Counted from the first letter of the stretch, positions 9,343-20,141 are shown. The stretch: 64,000 nucleotides of DNA from Candidatus Thorarchaeota archaeon (GCA_963726195.1 CAVSBO010000004.1:160001-224000), one strand, 5' to 3'. The notes: generated from the letters alone by a model not told the origin. Numbers and translations: made by a program.

Positions 9343-11406
9343 TGGGAATGCGAGGTGGTGGCGGCGGACCGCCAATCATGTCGCGTCCGCATGAGAAGCG
9401 CAGTCGACCAGTAGGACTACTGCTCCGTCGCATGTTTGGCTATCTGCGCAGCTTCAAGCGCGCAGTTGCTGTTGGCGCAGTTGTTTCCATAATTGGCACA
9501 CTGTTCTCCGTCTTCGATACGCTTGTCCTTGCGCGAGGAATTGACTACGTGGCACTCGAGACGATTCAGATACAGGTCTTTCTACTTTTCACGCTCCTGT
9601 ATCTCGGCATCAAGCTTGGGAGCTGGGTCTTCAACGGTGCATTCAACTGGATTCTTGCTAGCGCACAGGCTGGCATGGTTCAGGCTGTCCAAGCTGATGT
9701 GTACGATCACTTGGTGAAAGCTGACCTATCATATCACAAGTCCCAGCAAAGCGGAAATGTGACATCGCGAGTGACCTCGGACACAGCGAATGTCAGCATT
9801 GGCATCCAAGTTCTGATCCAGTTTGCAGGCCAGATTCTCCTGCTCGGCATGACATTTTTCATTCTATGGGTCACATCCCCGATCGTCGCTCTGACATCCT
9901 TGATTGTCGTTCCGGGGATTGCTGCCATTGCCTATCTTTTTGGCACGGTAGGCCAGAGGATCATGTTGGCTTCGCAGAGAGCAATGGGGCAGGTCTCGGG
10001 CCAAATTGCAGAGAATCTCAGCGGCATACACGTGGCCAAGGCTTTCAACAGGGAAGGTGAACTGGCTAGCACGCTCTACGGACTCAACAAGAAGGCTTAC
10101 CGATACGGTTTCAGATTCATGATGCTCATGAGCGCAATGCAGCCACTAATGAACTCGATTGCAATGCTGGGAGTGTCAGCCGTGCTCTTTGTGGCAGGCT
10201 CACTTGCTGTCGGTACGCTGCCACTTCTGACCTTCGGCGACATCTTCCTAGGCGTTACGCTCGTGAACCGTTTCATGTGGCCACTCCTTGCATTGGTCAT
10301 GATGGCTGCCCAAGTCCAAGCATCACTTGCGTCGATGGACAGGATATCAGATGTTCTCGAAGCTAAACCCGGAATACGGGATGATGAGAATGCAATGCCT
10401 CTGAAGGAAGACAATGACGGTATCACCTTTGAGAACGTGGTCTTCTCATATGTCAAGCCGGATGCCGATTCCAGCATGAGTCTCATGACCCGACAGGGAG
10501 GCATGGGTCCTCCCATGGGACACGGAGGGTCCGGGATGATGATGGCTCCAGCTGCTCCGCGAACAGGTGCTAATCCTTCGGCCGCACGTAAAGGCATGCC
10601 AGCTTTCATGGCACAAGGGCCTGCTGCAAAGGAGGACGGTAATGTTCACGCGCTCAGGGGTGTGAGCTTCTCTATCAAGCCTGGACAGACTGTCGCGTTA
10701 GTAGGTCACACAGGAGCTGGAAAATCGACGATTGCAGCTCTGATTAACAGATTCTATGACCCGCAGGAGGGAAGGATTCTAATCGGAGACCAAGACATTC
10801 GCCAAGTGACGCTCAAGTCCTTGCACGAGGCGGTATCGCTTATTCCTCAGGAACCGTATCTCTTCGATGGCACGGTCATTCAAAACATACGCTACGGTCG
10901 CCCATCTGCTTCAGACGGCGAGGTCCAACAGATTTGCCAAGCAATGGGAGCTGACGAGTTCATCAGGGGTCTTCCTCTTGGGTATGAGACGCCTATACTT
11001 GAGAGCGGAAAGAACCTCAGTGCTGGTCAAAGACAGATGATAACAATCGCCCGGACTATGCTGGCTAACCCTCGAATACTAGTCCTCGACGAAGCAACCA
11101 GCCGCTTGGATGCTTACTCTGAGTCACTTGTCCAAGATGCACAGAGCAAGCTGATTCGCCAAGCGCACCACAGTCGTCATAGCACACAGGCTGACGACAA
11201 TTGTGAATGCTTCGAAAATCATAGTAATCGACAAGGGCAAGATTGTCGAGGAGGGCACCCATGACGAACTCTTGGCGCTCGGTGGCATGTTCAAGACCGT
11301 GTACGATATCTACTATGCCCATCAGGGAATAGGAGAAATAAAGGAGGAGGCAGTGCAGGCAATAGCTCCTCACTTGTCGGCAGTCGGCGGCAACGGAGCG
11401 CCATAA
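9339..11406 (+). CDS. Heterodimeric ABC exporter subunit 2 (TMD+NBD); 1-nt insertion at ~11154
   Basis: [23 protein letters not shown]; removing one A restores [15 protein letters not shown] and joins ORF 11203-11406. Confidence 0.9.
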
Positions 11407-12203
11407 TCCCCATCGGTACTTGGCACAGAGATGTTTTCCAACCGGAGCGATCCGGCTGCAGACAAAGAAGCACCAAGAAAGAGATATGCCTCGACCGTGA
11501 GGATGCGCGTATAGGGCGCAGCGCATTGGCAGACGAATTCCAGTGCCAAGTTCTGGGCCGTCATGAGAAGCACTCCAGCTAGGCCGAGTCCCAGAGGCAG
11601 CGATAGTCTGCCAGTCCTGAAAATCCAGAACAGGGCGGCCATGGAAACCACTACCAATGTGAGACCGAACATGAAGGGCGTCTTGATGACTGATTCAAGA
11701 AGGTCCAGCTGAACTACGTGTTCGCTCTCCCAAAGAAGTACAAGGAAGCTGCACAAAGCGGATGAGCTGATCAGTGCTATCCACATCACCTTCATGCTCA
11801 CGTACCCCAAGACCTGATTTGACGCTTTGAAGTAGCCCACGATACCTATGACCCAGAAGAGCAGTCCGAACAGCTGAATTAGGCCAATCCCAAATGAAAG
11901 CATCTCACTCAGTGTAGCCTGTGACAGTTCATAGTTGGCTAAATCGGCAACGAAGAAGAAAACAAGGCCGACTGCAATAGCGAGGTTCATTATTCGAAAT
12001 CGGTCCTCTCGTATGAGGCCACCTCGTGCGAAGAGCCCGATTCCGGCGAGGGCTGCCAGCAGTGCAGAAGCGGCTGCAGAAATGGCGATGAACGTGTTGA
12101 ACAACTCATCATTGTAAAGTATCTTGAGCAACACGCTGACTAGGAGCACGCCGAACGCTGCCAAAAGGAACGAAGCATTGACGTACTTGCCTTTTGGTGT
12201 CAT
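11370..12203 (-). CDS. Polytopic membrane protein of unknown function
   Basis: 277 aa, about 8 hydrophobic segments. Confidence 0.7.
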   Translation of the reverse strand: MTPKGKYVNASFLLAAFGVLLVSVLLKILYNDELFNTFIAISAAASALLAALAGIGLFARGGLIREDRFRIMNLAIAVGLVFFFVADLANYELSQATLSEMLSFGIGLIQLFGLLFWVIGIVGYFKASNQVLGYVSMKVMWIALISSSALCSFLVLLWESEHVVQLDLLESVIKTPFMFGLTLVVVSMAALFWIFRTGRLSLPLGLGLAGVLLMTAQNLALEFVCQCAAPYTRILTVEAYLFLGASLSAAGSLRLENISVPSTDGDYGAPLPPTADK

Positions 12204-12301
12204 GTCTGTGCTCCTCTGGCTTCATCCGCAGCCGTCAGCCTCGCTTTTGTTTCTTGCTAGTCTTAGCACAGAGCGACGCCCGTGCAGGGCGACACAGCCT
12301 T

Positions 12302-13502
12302 CTATGTGGTTGTCATTTGCTCCCACTGAATCTCGTAGACCTTGCTTGGGAATTCTCTCTCAAGGTCTTGCCTCGTACTGGTCAAGACTGCATTCACAGG
12401 TCGTGAACCCACGTACTTCCGGACCTTTGCCACGATTGACTGGAATAGCAGTCGAAACCCGTCGGATATGGTTTCAGGAGTTATCGTTCCTCTGAACAAG
12501 GCAGTAGTGAGAGAGCTCTTCACGTCCAAATCAAGTGTCTGACCAAGGTTCACGAATGCCAACCACGGGTGCATCTCCAAGACGGGACTTCGAGATTCGA
12601 AGAAGATACGAAGCGCGGTCTTGTATCCCAGCAGCTTTGCATACTTGCTCATCATGCTCTTCAGGGCAGTCAAATGTAGAACGAGCATTGCCTGAGACGG
12701 TGACACTCTTTCGACAGCCCTGTATCTGGCTAGGAGCGCAATGTCCTCTAGGAAGCGCTTCAGGTCTGAAGTTTTCACCTTCTCTGCAGCGATAGCGAGA
12801 GGGGTTTCTCCGTCAAGCTTCAGCTAGTGCCTTTGCCGTTTCGGCCGATATTCCACTTACTCTAGCCCTAGTGCCTACGAGTGCAGTTGTCTGATAGATG
12901 TCGTCAGGCTTCACAGGGTTCGTAATGGTGACCGCCTTTTCCCAAGCGGCTTCGGCGACCCAGTTCATCGCGACATCGACAGGAACCTCCAAGAAGTTGG
13001 CCGCCTCCTTAACGGTGCAAACAGCTGGTATCAGCCTGAGAAGGGCAACGACTTCTGCATCCTTGGTATAGAACTGCCAGTCACGCTTGACTTGGATTGT
13101 GGTGTCTGGCCGGACCGAGTCTTTCGTGAATTCCTCAAGAACAGTGTGGTCAAATCTCGTGTGAACAGCAAGGTCCAAATCAACCCATCTCAGAACGTTA
13201 AACTGCTCCTCGAATTTCATCATTATTCTCCTTAGTTTCTCTCTCAGGTGCGCCGTGTCTCGAGTAGCAGACAGAGCGCCTAGAGTCCAAGTGCCGAACT
13301 CCACGAGGATCTCATAGTCGACTCCCTCAAAGGCCCTCGCCTGAGAAGTCACTGACTTGGTCGCTTCATCGAAGAAGGAAGTCATGGCCACTATGAAGGA
13401 TGAAATGAGATGAGGGTCGAACAGAGGCGGGTCCTCGAAATCATGGTTGTACATGCAGACCCCTGTCTCGCGCTTGACTATGTAGATGCTCTTGACTTCC
13501 AT
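12302..13502 (-). CDS. Longin-domain protein with NPRL2-like winged-helix C-terminal region; 1-nt insertion at ~12820
   Basis: N-terminal IYIVKRETGVCMY..DPHLISSFIVAMTSFF longin pattern; ORFs 12813-13502 and 12302-12778 join as LAE/LDGETPLAIAAEKVKT (399 aa). Confidence 0.7.
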
Positions 13503-13675
13503 TCGATCGCATCCTGTTGGCTACCGAGTAGGGGGTGTGCAAGCCAATGAAGAACAAATCTGATGGCAGGCAGCAATAGGCGTACAAGTCCTTTTGAGCC
13601 TTGTAGGTACAGACACCAAGTTGGTACCTTGGTCAATCGAATACTACTATAAGGAAACCACAGAGTTCAGAACTT

Positions 13676-14278
13676 GTGTCAGAGTACAGCATAAGATGCC
13701 CCATATGCGGACAGGGAAATCTGAACGTTCGCTCCTTGCTGTACCCCATTCCGTTCTTCAACGAGCTTGTGATGTTCATGATAGATTGTCCTGTCTGTCA
13801 TTTTAGCGAGAATGACGTGTACAGTGCCGAGGAGAGAAAACCCGGCCGCTGGACCATGAAGGTAGACAGCCCTTTTCTCCTGAACACCCGGGTTGTTCGT
13901 TCCAGTTCGGGTACTATAAGGCTCCCTGACTTTGGGATTGACATAGAGCCGGGCCCGACTGCCGAATCTTACATCAGCAATGTCGAGGGCGTCCTTCTTC
14001 GGACTCGCCCAGTGATTGAGAGCGCTGTCCGTTTCGCGGATGAGGAAAAGCAGAGAAAAAGAGGTCGCAAAGTCCTCTCGATGATTGACAAGGCAATGAG
14101 TGGTCAGTTGTCATTCACGCTGATTATCGAAGACCCTGCGGGTGTGAGCGGAATCATTCCGGATAACATGAGACTTGTCAAGTATGAAGAACTGAGCTCC
14201 GAAGAAGCATCTGAGCTTAAGGGCGCTCCTCCGTGGCTCGACGAGCTCAGGTCCGACTATGTTGAGCGTAAGGGCTAA
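13676..14278 (+). CDS. ZPR1 zinc-finger domain protein
   Basis: CPICG..IPFFNE..CPVCHF, VVRSSSG, IEPGP, SNVEGVL, FTLIIEDPAGVSGI. Confidence 0.92.
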   Translation: MSEYSIRCPICGQGNLNVRSLLYPIPFFNELVMFMIDCPVCHFSENDVYSAEERKPGRWTMKVDSPFLLNTRVVRSSSGTIRLPDFGIDIEPGPTAESYISNVEGVLLRTRPVIESAVRFADEEKQRKRGRKVLSMIDKAMSGQLSFTLIIEDPAGVSGIIPDNMRLVKYEELSSEEASELKGAPPWLDELRSDYVERKG

Positions 14279-14308
14279 AAGGCTCACGACGCGAGCATTC
14301 GAAACACT

Positions 14309-14384
14309 GGGCCGGTAGTTTAGGTGGTATGACGCCTGATTTGCATTCAGGAGGTCAGGGGTTCGAGTCCCCTCCGGTCCACCA
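14309..14384 (+). tRNA. tRNA-Ala(UGC), intronless, CCA encoded
   Basis: Cloverleaf with GGGCCGG/CCGGTCC acceptor (G3:U70), CCTGA-TTTGCAT-TCAGG anticodon arm and AGGGG-TTCGAGT-CCCCT T arm. Confidence 0.97.
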
Positions 14385-14533
14385 TTCAAGCTTTTGTGAA
14401 GCAAGTGTCGCCGTTGCCCGCCTTTCTTTCTTAACCGGTCAAGCATATGTTTAAAGGGAGAGTTTCTCGGCCGCACGCCAATAAACGCACAGGGCGCGGT
14501 GCAAGTCCGGTCAACTAGTCTGAACTTGCATTC

Positions 14534-16936
14534 ATGCAATGCTCTGGTGTGGTGAAGCGTAAAATGCAAGGACTATTCAGTACATTTCTGAGTATGACGC
14601 TTCCCGAGCAGATTATGGTCTTCTCCGTGATCGGAGCCGCAATTGTGAGCCTCTGTTACGCGTACTGGCTCTGGTCGGGTGTCAAGGCCAAGGACAAAGG
14701 CACAGAACAGATGATCGCAGTCTGGAGCGCAGTAAGAGAAGGTGCACTAGCCTACCTCAAACAACAGCTCAAGACCGTTCTTCCGATTCTGGCCGTACTC
14801 ACGGTCCTGCTCTTCGGGAGCGTCTATATCGTGCCGCCGACTGCAGAAGCAGAAGGCGTGTTCGGAACCGGCACCATGACCATCTTCGGTATAACAATGA
14901 AGACAGCCGTGTTCATGGTTGCCCTTGGTAGGACGCTCGCGTTTCTGCTAGGTGGATGCTTCTCTCTGATTGTCGGACAGCTAGGAATGCGTGTTGCAGT
15001 CAATTCCAACGTTCGAGTTGCACAGGCAACAAGGGAAGCTGGAGAGCGCGGTGACCGCTACAACCACGCACTCGAAATTGCCTACCATGGTGGAACGTTC
15101 ACAGGCATGCTTACTGACGGACTTGGCCTGATGGGCGGAACGACTATTTTCATAATCTTCGGCGCCGCTGCCCCGGACGCTCTCCTCGGCTTCGGCCTCG
15201 GTGGTACACTGCTTGCTCTCTTCATGCGAGTGGGTGGTGGTATCTATACAAAGGCAGCCGATGTAGGCGCAGACCTCGTAGGCAAAGTCGAACAAGGCCT
15301 GCCTGAAGATGATCCGCGGAATGCGGCCGTCATTGCCGATCTCGTGGGAGATAACGTGGGTGACTGCGCAGGAATGGCAGCTGACATTTTCGAATCTTAC
15401 GAAGTCACTATAGTATCAGCCCTGATTATTGGTATAGCTCTGTATTTCTACGGTGGTCCTGGTTTTGGTGGCAGACTAATCTGGATTGTGTTCCCGCTTG
15501 TCGTGCGAGGGGTCGGTGTGATCTCTTCAATGATTGGTACCTACGCTGTTGCTCTCTGGGGCAAGTTCCTTCACAGAGAAGTGGGAGCAGAGCATGCCAT
15601 GTTCATGTCCTACGAGCTGTCGAGTGCATTCACCATCTGTGTTTCCATCATAATCTCATTGTTCTACATGGGTGACATCCGATATGGTGCATTGATAGGT
15701 ATCGGTGTCTTGCTTGCAGTGTCATTCAATCCTATCACGAGCTACTTCACTTCAACTGAGAAGGCTCCTGTGAAGGAGATGGTTAAGTCCACAGATACTG
15801 GCACTGCTACACTGATTCTATCAGGTCTGGCTTCTGGGTACGAATCAACGGTAGCCGCCTTGTTGGCCATCGTGACAACCTTCGTGCTTGCTTGGCTCAT
15901 GTTTCCGGGCGGTACCACAATCGTACTCTACGGGATTGCGCTCGTGGGTATTGGAATGCTGACCCACACTGGAAATAACGTCGCCATGGACTCATACGGT
16001 CCAATCAGCGACAACGCGGGCGGCATTGCTGAACTCTCCCCGGGTGACTTCGACCACACATCCGAACAGGTCTTGGCTGACCTAGACGCAGTCGGCAACA
16101 CGACAAAGGCAATAACAAAGGGTGTAGCTATCGCATCTGCAGTGATTGCAGCTGTAAGCCTGTTTGACAGCTTCGTTGTTTCAGTGAACAATAGACTCTT
16201 TGAATTGGGGAAGTCACCGATATCGCTCCTGCTGTCCAACCCAATGATATTCTCAGGGCTTCTTATCGGTGCATCGATTCCGTGGATATTCTCCGCCTTG
16301 AACATCAAGGCTGTCGCACGTGCAGCTGGACAGATGGTCACCGAGGTCCGCAGGCAGTTCCGAATACCTGGCGTACTCGAAGGAACTCGAAAGCCCGATT
16401 ACGATAAGGCCGTCGCAATCTCTACAGGAGCGGCTCAGAAGGAGTTGGTTAGCTTGGCCGTCCTAGCAATCGCGGCCCCCATGATAGTCGGTATTCTGCT
16501 CAATGTGGAAGCGCTTGGTGGCTTCCTTGCGGGCATCATTGTCTCTGGCCAGCTACTGGCTGTGTTCATGGCGAACACAGGTGCCGCATATGACAACACT
16601 AAGAAGTCTATTGAAGACGAACCACGCGATGCGAAGGCCAACACTGGCAAGGGCTCAGAGCGTCACAAGTCGAGCGTTGTGGGTGACACTGTAGGAGATC
16701 CGCTGAAGGACACTGCGGGACCTGCACTTAACCCCATGATCAAGATCGTGAATATACTCTCGCTTATTGTCGCTCCAATACTTGTGACCTACACCTTTGG
16801 TGCGGACATGCTTCTGAACCTTGAGCTCTTGGTGGTTGTCCTGCTCTTGTTGGCAATGGTGTTTTGGGCCATTCGCAAGAGCACCAAGCCAGCAGACTTC
16901 GGTGTGCAGAAGACTAAGGCTGTCGCAGCTGAGTAG
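14534..16936 (+). CDS. hppA: Membrane-bound pyrophosphatase, K+-independent H+-translocating type
   Basis: GGGIYTKAADVGADLVGKVE, DNVGD, GNTTKAITKG (Lys at the K+-dependence site), GDTVGDPLKDT; true start may be slightly downstream. Confidence 0.95.
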   Translation: MQCSGVVKRKMQGLFSTFLSMTLPEQIMVFSVIGAAIVSLCYAYWLWSGVKAKDKGTEQMIAVWSAVREGALAYLKQQLKTVLPILAVLTVLLFGSVYIVPPTAEAEGVFGTGTMTIFGITMKTAVFMVALGRTLAFLLGGCFSLIVGQLGMRVAVNSNVRVAQATREAGERGDRYNHALEIAYHGGTFTGMLTDGLGLMGGTTIFIIFGAAAPDALLGFGLGGTLLALFMRVGGGIYTKAADVGADLVGKVEQGLPEDDPRNAAVIADLVGDNVGDCAGMAADIFESYEVTIVSALIIGIALYFYGGPGFGGRLIWIVFPLVVRGVGVISSMIGTYAVALWGKFLHREVGAEHAMFMSYELSSAFTICVSIIISLFYMGDIRYGALIGIGVLLAVSFNPITSYFTSTEKAPVKEMVKSTDTGTATLILSGLASGYESTVAALLAIVTTFVLAWLMFPGGTTIVLYGIALVGIGMLTHTGNNVAMDSYGPISDNAGGIAELSPGDFDHTSEQVLADLDAVGNTTKAITKGVAIASAVIAAVSLFDSFVVSVNNRLFELGKSPISLLLSNPMIFSGLLIGASIPWIFSALNIKAVARAAGQMVTEVRRQFRIPGVLEGTRKPDYDKAVAISTGAAQKELVSLAVLAIAAPMIVGILLNVEALGGFLAGIIVSGQLLAVFMANTGAAYDNTKKSIEDEPRDAKANTGKGSERHKSSVVGDTVGDPLKDTAGPALNPMIKIVNILSLIVAPILVTYTFGADMLLNLELLVVVLLLLAMVFWAIRKSTKPADFGVQKTKAVAAE

Positions 16937-16951
16937 AGTCTCTAGTAATCT

Positions 16952-16998
16952 GAAGGTGGCATCTATCGCCACCTTCTGCTCTTTCTTTTCTCTCTTCG
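16952..16998 (+). terminator. Hairpin + pyrimidine tract after hppA
   Basis: GAAGGTGGC/GCCACCTTC 9-bp stem followed by a T/C-rich run. Confidence 0.6.
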
Positions 16999-17079
16999 GC
17001 CAATCCATGAGTTCTTTTCATTATCCTCTAAGAGGCCGTCAACCTAGCTGAGATGAATTGAATCCCTTGCTCTCTGCAC

Positions 17080-17116
17080 AAAAAGAAGGTAGTAGGCAGT
17101 AAGTGGACTGCCTACT
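17080..17116 (-). terminator. Hairpin + U tract after the SBBP gene
   Basis: AGTAGGCAGT/ACTGCCTACT 10-bp stem (17091-17116) then CTTCTTTTT on the minus strand. Confidence 0.6.
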
Positions 17117-17147
17117 TGATACATGGCTCGATCATCTGTGTTAGCCG

Positions 17148-20141
17148 TTACGATATGATGTCAGTTGTTGGTCTTTCGGAGGGTGCGCCCTGCAAGGCTT
17201 TCGAAAGCGTCCTTCTTCTCAGAAGCATTAGCCCTGCAACCACGCCAGCTACCCCAGCTGCGCCAGCTATGCCTACGACAAGCAATGGCTGGATACCTGC
17301 CGCCTGAGTGGTGTGACCCGGATAGTCATTAGGATCAAGGGGATTAGTACCCGCAAGCACCTCAACGCCGTCTAGAAATCCGTCACCATCCGTGTCGGCT
17401 TTGAGAGGGTTGGTACCGATCTTCACCTCATAGGCGTCGTTCAGGTTGTCACAGTCGGTGTCGATGCACTGAAAGTTCGTTCCAAGTGCCAGTTCTTGGA
17501 GGTCATCAAGGCCATCATAATCGGTGTCTCCAACATTGACTCCGAGCTTCGCTAGCACAGCACGAATCTGGTTCACGTCACCAACGTAGCTCGCATTCAT
17601 CTGCGCTAGGAGGGCAGTGTTATGGGTAGCAAGAGCCGCAACCAGCTCGAGCCGAGTCGCATTGGCGTTGAGCTCCGTGACAGTCTGAACCAACAGCGTG
17701 GCATTCCCGTTCACATATCCGAATAGAGTTTCGATTGCCGTGTGGTTACTATCGAGCCATGATATGACCTGTTGAAGGAGCGTCGCGTTCGCATCGAGCT
17801 GCTGCATGAGCGACTTGAGCATGGTTGCATTGCCATTAGACCATTTTATCAGGTTCCGAATGAGTGTCGCATTCCCATTGAGGTCTTTGTAAATAGCGTC
17901 ATACCATGCCTGAGGCATGGCGGGGTAAGACATCGGATCGAGAGGGTCAGAACCATACGCAACCTCATATCCGTCGAGGAAGTTGTCATTGTCAGTATCG
18001 ATGCAGAGCGGGTTCGTGCCGTGCCTTGCCTCAGCCCAATCTGTTAGGCCATCGCAGTCGGAATCAGCACATAGGATAGCCATAAAGCAGTCAGAACTTC
18101 CTCCATTGTAGGTCGAGTCGTATGCATTGACGGTGGGAAACCCAGCGGACATTGTATAACCCGTGGCATACACGCACCCGCTCTCGACCGCAATACCGCA
18201 TCCCTGTTCGACAACCGCTCCGAATAATGTGCTATAGACGAGTGACTGGCCATCACCTGCGAATGTGGTTATGAAGCAGTCCTGGTATCCAGTATAGGTC
18301 GAGTTGAATGCATTAACAGTGGGGAAATCAGGGGAGGATTCATAGCCCGTGACATACGCGCAGCCGCTCTCCACGGCGATAGCATATCCGACGTCGCCTG
18401 CCGTTCCTCCAAGGAAAGTGCTGTAGGCGAGCGACCGACCGTCAGCCGCGAACTTGGTCACGAAACAGTCACAGGTTCCTCCATTGTAGATCGAGTCGTA
18501 TGCATTGACAGTGGGGAAGCCAGCGGACCCTGTAAGGCCCGTGACATACGCGCAGCCGCTCTCCACCGCAATGGCAAATGCATAGTCATATCCTGTTTCT
18601 CCAAGGAAAGTGCTGTAGACGAGCGACAGGCCATCAGCCGCGAACTTGGTCACGAAGCAGTCACCGGCTCCTCCATAGGTCGAGTCGTATGCATTGACGG
18701 TGGGAAACCCAGCAGAATATGTATAACCCGCGACATAAGCGCAGCCGCTCTTGACGGCGATAGCATATCCGATGTTGTCTGCCGTTCCTCCAAGGAAAGT
18801 GCTGTAGACGAGCGACAGGCCATCAGCCGCGAATTTGGTCACGAAGCAGTAGCGGGCTCCTGCGTAGCTCGGGTCGTACGCATTGAGCGTGGGGAATCCA
18901 GAGGACTCTGTCGAGCCCGTGACGTACGCGCAACCGCTCTCCACGGCGATAGCATATCCGACGTCGTCTGCCGTTCCTCCAAGGAAAGTGCTGTAGGCGA
19001 GCGACCGACCGTCAGCCGCGAGCTTGGTCACGAAGCAGTCGCCGAATCCACCATAGCTCGAGTTGTATGCATTGACGGTGGGAAAGTCCGTGGACAATGT
19101 ATGGCCCGTGACATACGCGCAACCGCTCTCCACCGCGATAGCATTTCCGACGTCGTCTGCCGTTCCTCCAAGGAAAGTGCTGTAGACGAGCGACAGGCCA
19201 TCAGCCGCGAACTTGGTCACGAAACAGTCACAGGTTCCTCCATTGTAAATCGAGTCGTATGCATTGACAGTGGGGAACCCAGCGGACCCTGTCGAGCCCG
19301 TGACGTACGCGCAGCCGCTCTCCACGGCAATCCCGTATCCAGTGTCGTAGGAGGCTCCGCCAAGGAACGTGCTGTAAACTAGGAGGATAGCAGGGTCGAT
19401 GAGCAGCTCACGGGAGATGTCATACCGCCCAACGCAAAGTCCCGCTGTGAGCCGGTTGTCACGGCGAAATGTGCAAGCGACTGTCTGGATGTCGCTGTTG
19501 TTCTGATATGCCCGCAGTCCGGCATCGTCAACCCGGAACCCATCCTTCAAAACGGTCACGCAATCCTCCTGCACATCCACCGTGTCTGCATGGGGGTAGC
19601 TCATCCGGATGGCGCCGGGGTCTGCATAAGGTGAAACAATGAACTCATATTTCAGGGTTTCATACTGAAAGCTATAGACGAGGTCGATACCAGTGTAGAT
19701 GTTCGCATATCTGAGCACTGCACAGTCCGCTAGCCCTGTCCTCCAAAGGCTTTGATCATTTCCGTACATGTAATTCGTGATTGAGCCTGTTGCCTGTTCA
19801 CCTGTTGGGATGACCTGTCTGCTCCCAGAGAATTCAAGCACAATCAGAGCGTCTCCAACAACATAGTAGACCTTGGACTCGCCGAAGTAGGCGATCGTGT
19901 CAATGCTCTTCCGTGCGACGTAGTAGATACCGTCACTATTTGATGCTGAAGGGGAGAAATGCATGATGTTGAGATTCACTTTATCCTGCGGCCGTTCTTT
20001 GGATCCATCGACTATTCCTCTGTGAGTGTCATTGAGAATACGAGGGGAATTGAGTTTGGATGCAAAGCCGGGCAGGGCAGGGATTACTGAAGACGCGACT
20101 AAAAGTGTTAGAAGAAAAATACTGGCTCTCTTCTTCACCAA
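17148..20141 (-). CDS. Cell-surface protein: signal peptide, N-domain, 7 SBBP beta-propeller repeats, TSP3-like DxDxDG Ca-binding repeats, NxT-rich coiled coil, C-terminal TM anchor
   Basis: 997 aa; LVYSTFLGG..GYAIAVESGCAYVTG repeats, DTDNDNFLDGYE repeats, hydrophobic tail followed by RRR. Confidence 0.85.
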   Translation of the reverse strand: MVKKRASIFLLTLLVASSVIPALPGFASKLNSPRILNDTHRGIVDGSKERPQDKVNLNIMHFSPSASNSDGIYYVARKSIDTIAYFGESKVYYVVGDALIVLEFSGSRQVIPTGEQATGSITNYMYGNDQSLWRTGLADCAVLRYANIYTGIDLVYSFQYETLKYEFIVSPYADPGAIRMSYPHADTVDVQEDCVTVLKDGFRVDDAGLRAYQNNSDIQTVACTFRRDNRLTAGLCVGRYDISRELLIDPAILLVYSTFLGGASYDTGYGIAVESGCAYVTGSTGSAGFPTVNAYDSIYNGGTCDCFVTKFAADGLSLVYSTFLGGTADDVGNAIAVESGCAYVTGHTLSTDFPTVNAYNSSYGGFGDCFVTKLAADGRSLAYSTFLGGTADDVGYAIAVESGCAYVTGSTESSGFPTLNAYDPSYAGARYCFVTKFAADGLSLVYSTFLGGTADNIGYAIAVKSGCAYVAGYTYSAGFPTVNAYDSTYGGAGDCFVTKFAADGLSLVYSTFLGETGYDYAFAIAVESGCAYVTGLTGSAGFPTVNAYDSIYNGGTCDCFVTKFAADGRSLAYSTFLGGTAGDVGYAIAVESGCAYVTGYESSPDFPTVNAFNSTYTGYQDCFITTFAGDGQSLVYSTLFGAVVEQGCGIAVESGCVYATGYTMSAGFPTVNAYDSTYNGGSSDCFMAILCADSDCDGLTDWAEARHGTNPLCIDTDNDNFLDGYEVAYGSDPLDPMSYPAMPQAWYDAIYKDLNGNATLIRNLIKWSNGNATMLKSLMQQLDANATLLQQVISWLDSNHTAIETLFGYVNGNATLLVQTVTELNANATRLELVAALATHNTALLAQMNASYVGDVNQIRAVLAKLGVNVGDTDYDGLDDLQELALGTNFQCIDTDCDNLNDAYEVKIGTNPLKADTDGDGFLDGVEVLAGTNPLDPNDYPGHTTQAAGIQPLLVVGIAGAAGVAGVVAGLMLLRRRTLSKALQGAPSERPTTDIIS
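18045..19385. repeat. Seven intragenic tandem repeats of 189/192 bp (propeller blades)
   Basis: Equivalent positions at 18232, 18421, 18613, 18802, 18991, 19180 and 19372, with long identical DNA stretches. Confidence 0.9.

Noticed and set aside
14309-14384. tRNA-Ala as an integration site of a mobile element
   Set aside because: No integrase and no duplicated tRNA 3' end seen; the flanks are housekeeping genes
18045-19385. Repeats as a CRISPR array or a DGR template/variable pair
   Set aside because: Units are 189/192 bp, in frame and coding; there are no spacers, cas genes or reverse transcriptase, and no adenine-specific pattern was evident
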